The translations under genes were made by a program, and so were the position numbers. From Marsupella aquatica (lineage: Eukaryota; Plantae; Marchantiophyta), in contig OZ316892.1 in the NCBI GenBank assembly GCA_973895155.1, forward strand, positions 7,857,251 through 7,921,250: DNA of 64,000 bases. The letters run 5' to 3'. Below the pieces are notes generated by a model. That model was not told the DNA's origin and did not search any database. It was given only the letters and a program-made list of their open reading frames with translations. This document shows positions 21,936 through 34,058 of this stretch, one piece after another (positions within the stretch are counted from its first letter, which is position 1; the number at the start of each line of letters is the position of its first letter).

Positions 21936-24900
21936 TGTCGTATGCTAACAAAAGCAAATATCATCGAATATATGCTAAAAACTCGGTGTTCGTTCCCGTG
22001 GAAGAACAAGAATGGGATGAAAAGATGTTTTAAAGTGTTTTGAGTGGTTTAGAGATGGTACTCAACATCTATAAGAAAAATAGAATCTTAAACAAAACAC
22101 AAGGAATTAATAAAATAAGAACAAAGTGACATTTGCTGTATAACAGAATCTTAGAGCTTTTAGAGGTATAGTTTAGCAATATTTAACTCCGTCACCATGT
22201 CTTAAGAAAGAGCTATGGCATTATTTGAGACGTTGATAAGTCAAACATAACCTTGCTATAACTGCTCTCTAGGTTTCTATCATAAATCTATGTTTAAGAA
22301 GTGTCTATGCTCACAAAATCCAAGATAAGTTTCAGATTGTGTGTATAGTAGTGTGTCATTAAAATGCCGGCAACATGTTTCCTTCTTCAGCGATGCGCAA
22401 TTCCAAAGAAAAACTAATGCACATTCAGTATACCACAATGGTACTTCAAATCCGTGAATTAAGAATGTCGCTACTTCTTAATCATATAGATTTCTATTTC
22501 TTGATTTCATGCAATACTTATCTTCCAAAGATAAGTCCTTCATGTAAATACAGAATTGGACAACAAATGTTGTAGTTTGGATTAGGCACCGACCAACGGA
22601 TCTTCTAATACATTCCACAAACTGTATTTTTATGGGTTTTACTTCTTACGGTAATTGCAACATGGATTACCATACGAAGGAGGGGTAGACTCCTAGCACA
22701 AGTAATCAAATTCCAAGGTATGCAAATCTTCCTTGCAAAATTGCATTACACGTACAAGGGACAAAACTCCAAGATGAGGAGATGCAAATAACTATCCACA
22801 CTGTCTCAAAATGAGACTGGTATCACAATAAGTACATGAGATCACCCACGGGCTAAGGAGAATGAAGAGACATGCCTCTTCATTTCCTAGTCTAAACTAA
22901 GTAAAGTAAAAGTCAACTTTGACTAAGGGATAGTCAAATGGTCAAAGCTAAGTAAAAGTCTACAAAATAAAATACTAATCTCATACTGTAATAGGAGGAG
23001 GGTCGACTACAAGTAGAGGGAGGCGAGCTACATAACCAAGGGCTATCTTCCCTTTGGTCCTCTGTCCCTTCAAATACTGTCGACGGAAAAGGTCCTCTCG
23101 GTAACGAATCAAATGAGGCTCACTGGTCTTCCGAATGGGATGTCCATCCGGTCCAATCCAAACAAAGTAATCTGATGGCCGTGGAATGTCTGGAGCTGGA
23201 AGAGGGAAAGGTGCTATGACCTTTCTACAATGATAAACCCAACTCCAAAGGTCAGGAGTCTCAATCGTGGGTAATCTCAGCTTGTCGATAGGTAGCCATA
23301 GAATACCACGAGAAATCGGAACCATGTCGTAGGTGTGTGGAAAAGGAAAAGACTCACGACCAAACATAAGTGGAGGTAAAGGAGGTGCAAGAGGAGTGCG
23401 TGCGTCAATGAGTGACGTAATCATCCTATCAAACTGGGCGGGAAAGACAAAAAGAGGCTCAATGTCTGCAACAGAAGAGACAATAGGAGGCTGAGACATC
23501 AAAGGAGTAGGAGCTATAAATGGTACACTGGGAGAGTCTACAGTCTCAGGCTCAGGCTCAGTCTCGGGAATAGGTTCAGGAATAGGTTCATCTCCTTCCA
23601 TGGTAGGAGAGGGAAATGAATCATCAAGGGGTGATAGGGTGGTATCCTCAATAGAGGAAAATGGATTTGGAGGGGGTACTGGTGAAGGGGGTAAAGGCTC
23701 AGGGGTAGGAGATGGAGGGTGCTCAGGTGAAAATGTAGGAGGGATAGGGGAAAGAATGGGATCAGGTAGAGGGGGTGTAGGTGAGGATGGAGGAGAGAGT
23801 GAAGGGTCAGCAATAGGTAGCTCCGGCTCATCAGCATCCATAGGGTGATCAGGCTGTGGTGAAGGTGCAAGGGGTGAAACATGAGGGGGTGGGACGATAC
23901 GAGACTCGGAAAGCAAAGCACAAATACAGTCAAGTAACTGTAGAGGGGTACAACTCAAAAGTCTAGTGGCCTCATCTACCAAATGCTGGTTGAAACCAGC
24001 CACACTAGCTAGTCGCTCAGCATCACCAACAAAATCAGTCCATGATGGATAAGAAGTGGAAGCAACGAAAGAGGGAGAAGTCATCCCTGGTAGATCTGGT
24101 GCTGTCGTCTGCTCCACTGGAGGGGGTCTCGGAGATGTCGTCGGTGGTGGAGTCAACTCTCTCGCTAACTCTGGCTGAGGTAGCTCAAAGTGTCTCGCTC
24201 TCCTCCTCCAATCGCTCAGCTCCACTGGTAATAAGCAGCCTCTCGAAAAGTAAATGTGCGCCAAGTAGGGTGTTAGATAGGTATCACTAGTAGTAGACAA
24301 GACAGCCACCTGCTTGGCGATCACCTCCGAAAGAGCTAAGGCCCAGTTGATCCTCCTCTTGCCGGTCCATGATACGATGATAGAGCTGGTCAAGTAAACC
24401 ATAGCCCTGGTGGGTTTGGTTGGATGAAAGATAGGTACAAGGAATCGGAGTAGATGAGCTAACTCCCGGTTTGTGCACTGATCAATCTTCCAACCAGACC
24501 TCCGGTCCCTGGTACCTCTAAAATAGGGGGCAGTCAAGTCCTCTCCAACAGAGATAAGTCTCTCTCCCTCCTGGCTCAACTGGTACACCTCAGAAACAAC
24601 GGCGGTGGTACACACATCAGCTGAACCTCTAGTAGAACTCCGAAAAGTGCCAGCTCGGGGTGGACGAAGAAAATCGGCAATGATGGACCCATGCACCATA
24701 TCCCAAGGAAGAAAAAGTAAGGAACTCAAGCCCATCTCTACCAGGTTACTAAGGAGTCTAAAGTAAGCCTTAGGACCTGGGGGTAAGGTCACCCTAATGG
24801 CCTTACTAATTGGTAAGCTTCTGGTGGCCATAGCTCAGAAAATCTGAGAAGGCTCTAGAGCTCTCCTCCTAAAAACGGGTAAGCATTGAGGCTCAAGAAT

Positions 24901-25666
24901 GAAATCTCAGGGATCTAAGGTAGCTGCGCTACTATGGGAGAAGGAATGAACTGAAAAGAGATAGAAATGAAGGAGCTCTGATCAGGCGAAGCTCTTGAAA
25001 TTGCAATTTCTTCAATTCCAAGAAATCAGAGAGCATCGATGACCCAATACTCCTCAACGTCTCATCAATAGCAGTTCAGAATCGGGGTGAACATTCTCTA
25101 GGCAGCTGCGCTCCTATAGCAATTGAAATGAGCTCGAATGGTGGTCTAACGAGTGAGCACTGAGGGTCGAAGCTCGCGCCCTACTGCTGGCCGCCATGGA
25201 CGTCCCTCAAAGAAAAATGGAGAAAAAGGTTTGGGCCGGCGCGGACGTCACATTAGGTCGTGGCGGGGTGGACGTCCCGGACGTCCCTACGTGGAGGCCG
25301 TCCAAGACGTCCTCGAGTTTTTCATGCGGGCCGGCGCGGAAGGAGTTGGCCGTCCTTAGCAAAAAATGGGTGCCGTCCCGGCCATCCCTGTGTAGAAGCC
25401 GTCCAAGCCGGCGCCGTCTTTGCCGTCTTTCATGAGGAGGCCGTCCCGGCCGTCACCTCATTTTTGAAGCTCCTGTCAACTTCTTGCCGTCTTGACGTCT
25501 AATATGTGAAAACCAAAGTACCCTTGACGTCTTCCAATGGTATCCTTACCCATTTGAGCTTATACTAACTTAATTTTGCTTAAAGGGCCTTATAAAAACT
25601 TAAAATTTTTAAAAATTTATGGTTTTGATACTTTAACTCTCTTTTTGGAATAATCACCTAATTACA
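21936..25666 (-). mobile_element. 3.73-kb solo-LTR-like insertion containing an intact ORF
   Basis: TGTCG...TTACA termini; perfect 5-bp TSD CAATC at 21931-21935 and 25667-25671. No terminal direct repeats or gag/pol seen. Confidence 0.8.
22981..24831 (-). CDS. 616-aa retrotransposon accessory protein: globular N-terminal domain, Pro/Ser/Glu-rich linker, small C-terminal domain
   Basis: Uninterrupted ATG-to-TGA ORF. N-terminal LFLPW...FLVPIFHPTKPTR...INWALAL...YLTPYLAHIY resembles plant LTR-element extra ORFs (from memory, not searched). CpG-rich GACGTC/GGCCGTC cluster upstream at 25150-25510. Confidence 0.7.
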   Translation of the reverse strand: MATRSLPISKAIRVTLPPGPKAYFRLLSNLVEMGLSSLLFLPWDMVHGSIIADFLRPPRAGTFRSSTRGSADVCTTAVVSEVYQLSQEGERLISVGEDLTAPYFRGTRDRRSGWKIDQCTNRELAHLLRFLVPIFHPTKPTRAMVYLTSSIIVSWTGKRRINWALALSEVIAKQVAVLSTTSDTYLTPYLAHIYFSRGCLLPVELSDWRRRARHFELPQPELARELTPPPTTSPRPPPVEQTTAPDLPGMTSPSFVASTSYPSWTDFVGDAERLASVAGFNQHLVDEATRLLSCTPLQLLDCICALLSESRIVPPPHVSPLAPSPQPDHPMDADEPELPIADPSLSPPSSPTPPLPDPILSPIPPTFSPEHPPSPTPEPLPPSPVPPPNPFSSIEDTTLSPLDDSFPSPTMEGDEPIPEPIPETEPEPETVDSPSVPFIAPTPLMSQPPIVSSVADIEPLFVFPAQFDRMITSLIDARTPLAPPLPPLMFGRESFPFPHTYDMVPISRGILWLPIDKLRLPTIETPDLWSWVYHCRKVIAPFPLPAPDIPRPSDYFVWIGPDGHPIRKTSEPHLIRYREDLFRRQYLKGQRTKGKIALGYVARLPLLVVDPPPITV

Positions 25667-25778
25667 CAATCCGTGAGTTGCATTGCCTGCAATCTGGTTG
25701 AGAGTTGAGCGACGCTGCTGCTGCAATCAAGTGCTGCTATTGCGATTGCGGCTGTTGTTGGACTATTGAGGGAGTGGG

Positions 25779-25862
25779 CGATTGAGGCTGGTGCTGCGAT
25801 TGAGGCTGGTGCTGCGATTGAGGCTGGTGCTGCAATTGAGGCTGGTGCTCTGATTGAGGCTA
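25779..25862 (+). repeat. 18-bp tandem repeat
   Basis: (GATTGAGGCTGGTGCTGC) x about 4.5. Confidence 0.9.
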
Positions 25863-27184
25863 CTACTGAACTGCTACGATTCAGAGCTATTGGTGAGAGA
25901 CTAACCTGGTACTTTGCGCTGCGAGTGGATTGCGATCGAGTTCAGAGTTGTGCTGCAATCCGAGCTAGAGTCGAGAGGAACTTTGTGCTACTTGTTGTGT
26001 GCTGATCAAGATGAACTAAGTGCTATGAACCGGCTTATTGTAAAGGAGTTATGATCAAGCTCTAGTGAGCTCTCACAACAATGTTGTTGTTAATCCAAAC
26101 AAGCTATAGCTAGATGCCATTGATTGACGTTGTGCTTTCAGTTGCGTTTTCAGTTGTTGGGCTGCAATCAGGTTGAGAGGTGGGCTGCGCTGTAGGGAGA
26201 GACATTGGGCTGCCTCTGGAAATTAGAAAATCAGCTGAGACAATTTCCAGGCCGAGAGATTTCAACTACTTCAGGTACGGTCATTTTTAGAACTCGCTCT
26301 GGAGCTTAGTCTTTGAGTGAGCAATAGTTCTAGCTCATAGTGGAATAGGATTGACAACTCTTGTTCTACTACGGGGTATTGTTGCAGACTGAGTGATTCA
26401 TTTTTTATTCATTGCTTATTGGAATCGAGGCTCAAACCAAAACTTGCTTTGTTTTCAGGCTCCTCTGGCTGTTGGACTGCTGTTGAGTTGCTGAGGGCTA
26501 ATAAAAGTGTCCCATTTTTTATACCTCAAAGTGAAATCAGGTATGACTTAGGGGACTCAAACATGTTTGCAACATTAATTGCATGCTTACTAGTGTGGAT
26601 CAGGCTCTGGACACTACATCGAAACTTGTTTTGCTTAGCTATCAATTTTGTAAGGACTAGGTCACACATCTCTGTGCAAAAGTGTGTTCATGTTGGGAAA
26701 TTTTGACCAGAACTTGCTCTTATTTCAGAATGATTCAGTTCACCCTTAGGTAGTTGCAGGGGTACATGCAAAGCAAGGGGCTGTTGAGGAGCACCTATCT
26801 TTATGCTGCTGCAACCTCTGCTCAAATGCTGAGTTGAGGTATAGTACGGGACCTATGCTGGTATTAAATTTCAGGTATGTCATTTCCATCAATGACTTCA
26901 ACCATTTCTAGTCGAGCAAAAGTTTATTTAGCTTCAAATGTAGTAGGGGAATTCTAATGTAGTCCATGAAGTTAATTTTGACATGGGGGCAATGTTGCTT
27001 CTATTCACCAGAGTTGATGTTGAGCTATTGGGCGGATCAAAACTCTTTTTGAAGTGTGGTGCCTGGAGACGTTGTGAGATTCTTTAGGTCTGTCAAGCGC
27101 AGAGGCAGTTGAGGTGTTGCCCCATTCTAATTACTTGTAGACATTGTTACTGGTAGACATTGTTACATTCATCATTTACAAAAA

Positions 27185-27420
27185 ACCGTGTCATGGCTAT
27201 ATTGAAGATTACCCTAGAGGAGAATTATGAGAAGCTCCTTTTGCAACATCTAGACGAATGTTGTTGGTGTGAATCATGTGTCAAGTGTAGGGTTGGCAAT
27301 GGCAATTTTGAATGGTTCCATTGATTTTGCTTGAAAATGCGCGGAAGACTTGTTACTAGGACATACATGGCAAAGAACGGCAAAGTTGTCACACGTCATT
27401 GGAAGTGCTCTTGTATAAGG
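27185..27420 (+). pseudogene. Degenerate PHD-like zinc finger within the DNA transposon
   Basis: CCWCESCVKC...EWFH*FCL...HWKCSC resembles the ING-type PHD pattern WFHxxC...WxC; one in-frame stop. Confidence 0.45.
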
Positions 27421-27833
27421 CCAACAATTTGGCCTCAAAATGAGTGTCTTTTACGCAAGATTGTCATCCCGGACACGCTTGACATTGTAGTCCCTGATAG
27501 TATTCCACATATAACTGAGCTTGATATTGTAGCCCCAGATAGTATTCTAGATCAAGCTAAGGTTACAGCCCATGGATGCTTGACATTGTAGTCCCTAATA
27601 GTACATGGATGCGATGTTCATATATGAGTAGGCCTTTGTTTGCAAGGCTGGAATTGTACCATCCATGATATAAAGAATATTATTCATTCCCATTATGTGG
27701 CAAAGTTTCGCAAGCTGGCATTGTATTTATGTATGTCTTGGTTGGTGGGTGTTCAGGTTGCACTGTGTAGTTGACTTCATCTGGGAGGGAGGTTTGCAGA
27801 TCATTGGAGCAGGTGCTATGATTAACCTTATCT

Positions 27834-28575
27834 TTGTCTATGGATTGCCCACTATCATACATGTCCCCCTCATATGTGATGTGCTTTGTGATGATTGCAG
27901 TTGTAACCATGCCGACAAGGACTTCAAACACAAAGAAAGCAACACAGTCCTCTGACAAAGGAGCCTCTTTAGAAGAGGCATTGCGTATTCCGTTGTTCTC
28001 TGAGCAAGAGATTCTACAAACTAGCCCTCATGTTTGTGCAATTTGTGAGCATGGTGGGAAGTTGGTAATTTGTGATGGGCCATGTCACAGGCAATTTCAT
28101 TATGTGGTTGGAGATGAAGCCCCTAATGACTCTTGCCCCTGTGTAGTCCTTCCCCTCCATCATGGAGGGAAGCCATGGTTTTGCCCAAATTGTAACCAGG
28201 ACCAGGCCATGTGTTATGGGTGCCACACTGTGGGACCGTCACCTACAATTGTGCGAAAATGCTCTGATCGTTTTTGTGTCCGATTTTATTGTTTTGGGTG
28301 TTTGGTAGCTGATGCAAAGTCCTGCCCACCGCATACATGTTATCAGAGTCTTGAGGGTCAGATGGTCAAGAACATGGTACAATGTCTACGATGTCCAAAT
28401 GCCTGGCATACAGATTGCCTCCAGATGATCAAAAGCAAAGGGTTTGCTCATGATAGGGACATCTGGGAACATGAAGCACATGGACAACAACGACAGATGT
28501 TTTTATTGCCGCCGTCATCCTATTGATCCACACCTCAAGACTCCAATCAGGGACCACATTTCATGGCTCCAGTGA
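27834..28575 (+). pseudogene. EDM2-like composite PHD-finger cassette carried by the DNA transposon
   Basis: CAICEHGGKLVICDGPCHRQFH...WFCPNC...AMCYGCH...KCSDRFCVRFYCFGC...CPPHTC...QCLRCPNAWHTDCL. After a frameshift near 28500 it reads YCRRHPIDPHLKTPIRDHI, which resembles the EDM2 tail IYCLKHEID..GTP.RDHI as recalled. Confidence 0.75.
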
Positions 28576-28903
28576 TCTGAATAATGAACAAACCTATTAC
28601 TTAGGTTTCAACGTCTTAGTGGGGTATGAGCAAGGCAAATACTTAAGCTGCATCATGGATGGTAGTACCCAATTTTATTAGTGTTGATATTTTGTCATAA
28701 TTAAGGTCACTAATAGTGCTGCATTTTGATGAGCAGAAGCACTAAACCTCAGGAATTGTTAGAAGTCCAGACGAAAAGGATATTTTGTCCAAAGATATTT
28801 TATCCAACTTTAATGGTATATCATGCTTTTCACTGAATACATTTGCATGTGTGATGTCTATTCAGGCTTTTCATGATGTTATGTTACAAAGTTAAGAGAT
28901 CAA

Positions 28904-30174
28904 GTGCACAAGCTGAACTCTGTGCGACGAAAAGAGCGTTGGTTGTTAGCTTTGCAGGCTCAGAAAGTATGTGCCTTGAGCACTAGGAAACAAAAATTAG
29001 AGGAGTTGTTAGGAGTTGCAGCAGACAGGAAGGATTTGAGATTGTTTCTTAGGAGTATTTTGAATGGACACAGGAATGGTGCATTTGGTGGTAAGGAGGG
29101 TTTGTGGGATTTCTTGAAGGATGTAGATCGCAATTTAGGCAGGAAGCCAAAAGGTAATCGTTACAGTAATAGGACTCGAGCTATTGCTCAGGCTATGTTC
29201 CAATTTGGGGGCCGTCAAGTTGCTCATTGTTTTGCACGAAACTTGACAGCCCCTAGCCTTGTGACCCTAAAACGTGATAGAGCAAAACTCACACCTTTTC
29301 GAACCGGGTTACGGAAGGAAACCTTTGAGGAGATTGCTAGAGTGTTGTCTGCTACAAAGCACTCATTGGGCATTGAGGGGGATGTGCCTGTTATCTTTGT
29401 TGAGGATGAAACAAGGATCAAAGAACGCCCTAGGTAATTGGAACTGGACATTTTTCCAATTGTTTTTTTAATGACTTTACAAGTAGCACTTGGCTGGAAT
29501 TGCTCTGATATTGAAAAATTGCATGTTTGTGTTTCAGGTGGGAGGCAAAGTATGATACTCTCATTGGTTTCTGTGGACCTTCAGAGCAGCATATATGCTC
29601 CTATGGTTTGGAAATTCTAGTTGGTGAAGGTGATGAGGGGTATGATAAAATTGTAAGTACATTTGAACAATGCCCCAAGTGCATGTATGCCCGAGTTGTG
29701 ATTGTGAATCCTCTGCATGAGTCCTTAATTACCTAAATTGGTTGTGTGTGCACTTCCAACTTGTAATAAGTTCACAGCTTCTTGGGTACGAGAGCATTGG
29801 GTCCAGTTAAAGGCTTTTTGGGATGAATATTGTAGAGCTATGGTAGGCCCTTTGCTTGGACATGCTAGTGATGGTGATGCACGTCGCCGAAAGTTGATGC
29901 TGGAAGATTACAGAGGGCAGAATGGATCATACCCAAGGTACGGAGTTGGGTGGGAAGGGTGGACATACTTTGTTTCAATTCTACCAAATGGGGATTTGTA
30001 TGGCTTTGGTGACCAAGACCAACCTCATAATGGGAAAAAGATGATAAACCCCTTAGACAGAGTGTCTTCTTTATTGGTGCTAGGAGATCAACATGCATCT
30101 TTATCTTATGTGGCTAATGTCTACAATCATTATCCAATTCATGAACATGGCATGGCTTGGGATGATGTGAATAG
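28904..30174 (+). pseudogene. P-element/THAP9-like DDE transposase, N-terminal part (intron 29434-29537)
   Basis: VIFVEDETRIK (first catalytic D), GHASDGD (second D), DQPHNGKK (DxxHxxK). The GT..AG intron joins KERPR|WEAKYD in frame. Cut by the copia at TSD AATAG. Confidence 0.7.
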
Positions 30175-30595
30175 TGTTGAGCATAGACGACGATCGCAAC
30201 GGCAAGCCCATGAACCATCCAACGCACAATAGTCGACACAAGAGATACGTGGTTCACCTCCTTGAGGCTACGTCCACGGGAACACACAAGAGAGCTTTAC
30301 TGAACTCTAAGCCCGTCGGCTATACCGAGTCTCCATAGTGTAAGCTCTCCCTATCTCTCAAGTGGCTCCATAACAATGAGCCTTGGTTCTACCTCTCCAA
30401 GCACACATGCCTCTTATGATATAGTGTGCAACTTAGTTGTACCTAACCACATAGTTGTACCTAATCACGTAGTTGTACCTAACCACATAGTTGTACCTAA
30501 TCACGTAGTTGTATCTAACCACGTAGTTGTACCAACCCACGTTGTTGTACCAACCACGTCATACCTAACCTAGACGTAAGAGTAAATACCCAACA
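30175..30595 (-). repeat. Copia 3' LTR
   Basis: Direct repeat of 35791-36211; one mismatch seen by eye (30336 T vs 35952 C). Contains about 7 copies of the 18-bp repeat GTTGTACCTAACCACATA. Confidence 0.95.
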
Positions 30596-30785
30596 ATCTT
30601 CCCCTTGACTCTGGTCTAGGGGAGAGTAATACTGCCAATGTATATGATCCCTCAGCGGGAAGTTCTGGACAGAACCAAACCGGTTTCCCTCTCTAACTAG
30701 AGCAAACCAGAACTAAGCCGTAGCCTAATACATAGGAATGAGGAAGAGCATATATCAGTAATTACAATGAATGTTTAAGAAAACT

Positions 30786-33700
30786 CTACTTGTGATGCAA
30801 TTGCAAAACCTGCAATACGTCACGGTGTCTAGAGAAACTCTCCAAAGGAATCACTTTGGTAAATGTGTCAGCCGGGTTGAGTTTACCATCAATCTTGACT
30901 AGCTCAAACAAATTATCAGACACAGCCTGCCTGATAAAATGGTACCTGACGTCAATGTGCTTCACTCTGTTGTCCATCACCTGGTTCACAGCAAGGTGGA
31001 GCGCACTTTGACTATCACAATGGAGCTTCACATTCCCCTGTGGCAATCCCATTTCAGTGATAAGTCTATCCAACCAAATCGCTTCCTTTGTTGCTTCCGC
31101 AGCTGCAACATACTCCGCTTCTGTAGTAGACTGAGCAATACACTTCTGCAAAGTAGACCTCCAACTTATGCATCCACCGCCAAGTGTGAACACGTATCCT
31201 GTTGTTGATCTCCTTCGGTCCAAATCTTGTCCATAGTCAGAATCTACATAGCCAATCAATGATCTAGCATTCTTTGCATTCGCATCAAATAAAAGACCAT
31301 GATCCACGGTACCCTTCAAGTACCTGATAATCCACTTCACTGCTTCCCAGTGTACCTTCCCTGGATTCGACATGTACCTGCTCACCTTGCCCATAGCCAT
31401 GGCAAGATCAGGTCTAGTGCAAGTCATCAAATACATGAGACTCCCCACTGCCTTGTCATATGGAACCTTTGACATCAACCCCTTCTCTGTGTCATCCGTA
31501 GGACAGAACGCTGATGATAACTTGAAGTGTGGAGCCAACGGGGTACTTACTGGCTTGCTATTCTCCATGTTGAACCTTGCAATTACCTTCCTCGCATAAC
31601 TGCTCTGCGTCAACCATAGCTTGCCAGCCTCCAAGTCCCTAGTGATCTCCATACCCAAAATCCTCTTAGCTGGCCCTAAGTCCTTCATCTTAAACTCTGC
31701 ACTAAGCAGTGCCTTGAGCTTAACAATCTCAGACCTATCCTTGGCTGCAATTAGCATGTCATCCACATAAAGTACTAAAACAATGAACCCAAAGACAACA
31801 TTCTTCATCGGTTTCAAATACACACAAGGGTCAAATACACTTCTGTGAAAACCTTGTGACCGAATCCAATCGTCAAACCGCTTGTTCCACTGTCTTGGTG
31901 ACTGCTTCAACCCATACAAGGATTTCAGCAATCTGCAAACCAATTCCTCCTATCCTCTCTTCACAAAATCTAGCGGTTGTCTCATGAAGATCACCTCTTC
32001 CAATGTGCCATAGAGGAAAGCTGTGACAACATCCATCTGATCTAGGAGCAGACCAAACATTACAACAAGTACACACAATAGTCGTATTGTAGAGTACTTA
32101 GCAACTGGTGAGAAGACCTCATTGTAATCCACACCTTTCTCTTGTGTGAATCCCTTTGCTACCAATCTAGCCTTGTAGACCTTCGATCCACCTCCTATGG
32201 AATTATCCTTCAGCTTGTAAATCCACTTGCTGTCCACCACTTGCTGACCCTTAGACAGCTTAACAAGCTCCCAAGTTTTGTTGTCCTTTAGTGACTGCAT
32301 CTCCGTTTGCATTGCTGCAGTCCACTTCTGCTTCTCCTTTGAAGCACTTGCCTCATGAAATGAAGAAGGTTCTCCTTCTTCCAAAATTAACGCATCACCC
32401 TCATCATCAGCTGTAAAATCATCCTCTTGCAGTTGAGATGAATCAACCCACTGTCCATACCTTGGTGGAGCGCGTACAGTGCGACCAGATGTTCTTCTAG
32501 CCGATGACTCTGGTTGATCTGCGTGTGCTGGTACAATTTGAAGCTCAACAGCATCCACTTGCTGCTCACCAGCATCAACAAACTCCTCTGGTTCCTCTGG
32601 CACAGGAACCAGCTCCATAATTGGAGCAACTCCTTCTCTCCGGTCATGCACCTCATAACCAATCTCCCCCTCAACGAGATCCGGGATAGGAGATTTTCCT
32701 TTGTCAGTACGAGAGACCTGAGTATTCTCCCCCTCCTTCAATAATCTGGATTCATTGAAGGAAACATCCCTACTGACAACGAGCTTACAGGCAATAGGAT
32801 CCCATAGCCTATAGGCTTTCACACCACTCTGGTACCCAAGAAAAATACATTTTCTGGAGGTAGGATCCAACTTGGTCCTATTCTGCTTTGGTGTGAGAGC
32901 ATATGCATCACTTCCAAAAATTACCAAGCCATGATAGTCTGCTTGCCGCTTATAGCGCATCTCAAACGGCGTTTTGAAATTGATAGCACTAGAAGGAGAA
33001 AGATTTACCAAATAAGCTGCGGTATTGACAGCTTCTGCCCAAAATTCTTGTGGTAAACCTGATTGGCTCAACATACTCCGTGACCGCTCCAACAGTGTCC
33101 GATTGAGCCTCTCAGCGACACCATTCTGCTGCGGAGTATAAACTGTGGTGAGATGGCGAGTTATCCCCTGTTCTGAACAGTACTCTTCAAATTCCATTGA
33201 AGTGTACTCCCCGCCGTTGTCTGACCTCAGACTCTTCACCCTTGTATCCAAACACTTGATCGTGTTTCCAGTCTGATTCTCCACCTGGGCCTTCCACTTC
33301 TTAAAAATGGACAAGACATCAGACTTATGCGTCATGAAATAAATCCACACAAATCTTGAGTAATCATCAATAAATGATACATAGTATAACTTTCCAGAGT
33401 GTGAGGGAGTCGGGGATGGACCCCACACGTCACTATGTATGTACTCAAGAACCGCTTTGGAACGATGAGTTCCAACACCAAAAGCACGACGATGTTGCTT
33501 TCCAAGAATGCAATGCTCACAAAACTCTAATTTACAAGATTGCAAATCAGAAATGAGTCCATTCTTCCGTAAGATAGCCAAACCCTTCTCACTCATGTGG
33601 CCTAGCCGTGAATGCCACAGTTGAGTCATCTCCTCGTGAGACTTGGTTACATTGGCCTCTCCACATACAGTATTGCCCTGTAACACATACAAATTCTTTT

Positions 33701-34013
33701 GTCTACTCCCCTTCAAAATCACTGTCTCTCCCGACCTGACTTGAAGTTCACCATCAATAACGCTCCATTGATGACCATTTGAATCCAACACACCGAGTGA
33801 AATCAGATTCTTACGCATGCCAGGTACATACCTGACTCCGGACACTGTGCGCACAGCGCCATCAAACATTTGAATCTTCACAGACCCAATTCCCTCAATT
33901 TGACAGGAGTGATCATTTCCCATCAGAACTGAACCGTTTGAAATAGAGTAAGAACTGAAAAACTCACGAATGTAACAAATATGAAAAGAGCAAGCACAAT
34001 CAAGAATCCACAC
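30786..34013 (-). pseudogene. Copia pol (protease, integrase, RT, RNase H) with one in-frame TAG at 31950-31952
   Basis: WILDCACSFH (PR), WHSRLGH..CEHC, HSDVWGP, RSDNGGEY, NGVAER (IN), KARLVAKG, QMDVVTAF, LYGLKQ, YVDD (RT), DSD, EAEY, KHID (RH). Confidence 0.95.
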
Positions 34014-34058
34014 ATCATCTGCTCTCCTAGATGACGTGCACAGGGCATATCCCCGGCT

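Noticed and set aside
30376-30573. VVPNH-repeat peptides (also 35992-36189)
   Set aside because: Translation of the 18-bp tandem repeat inside the copia LTRs.
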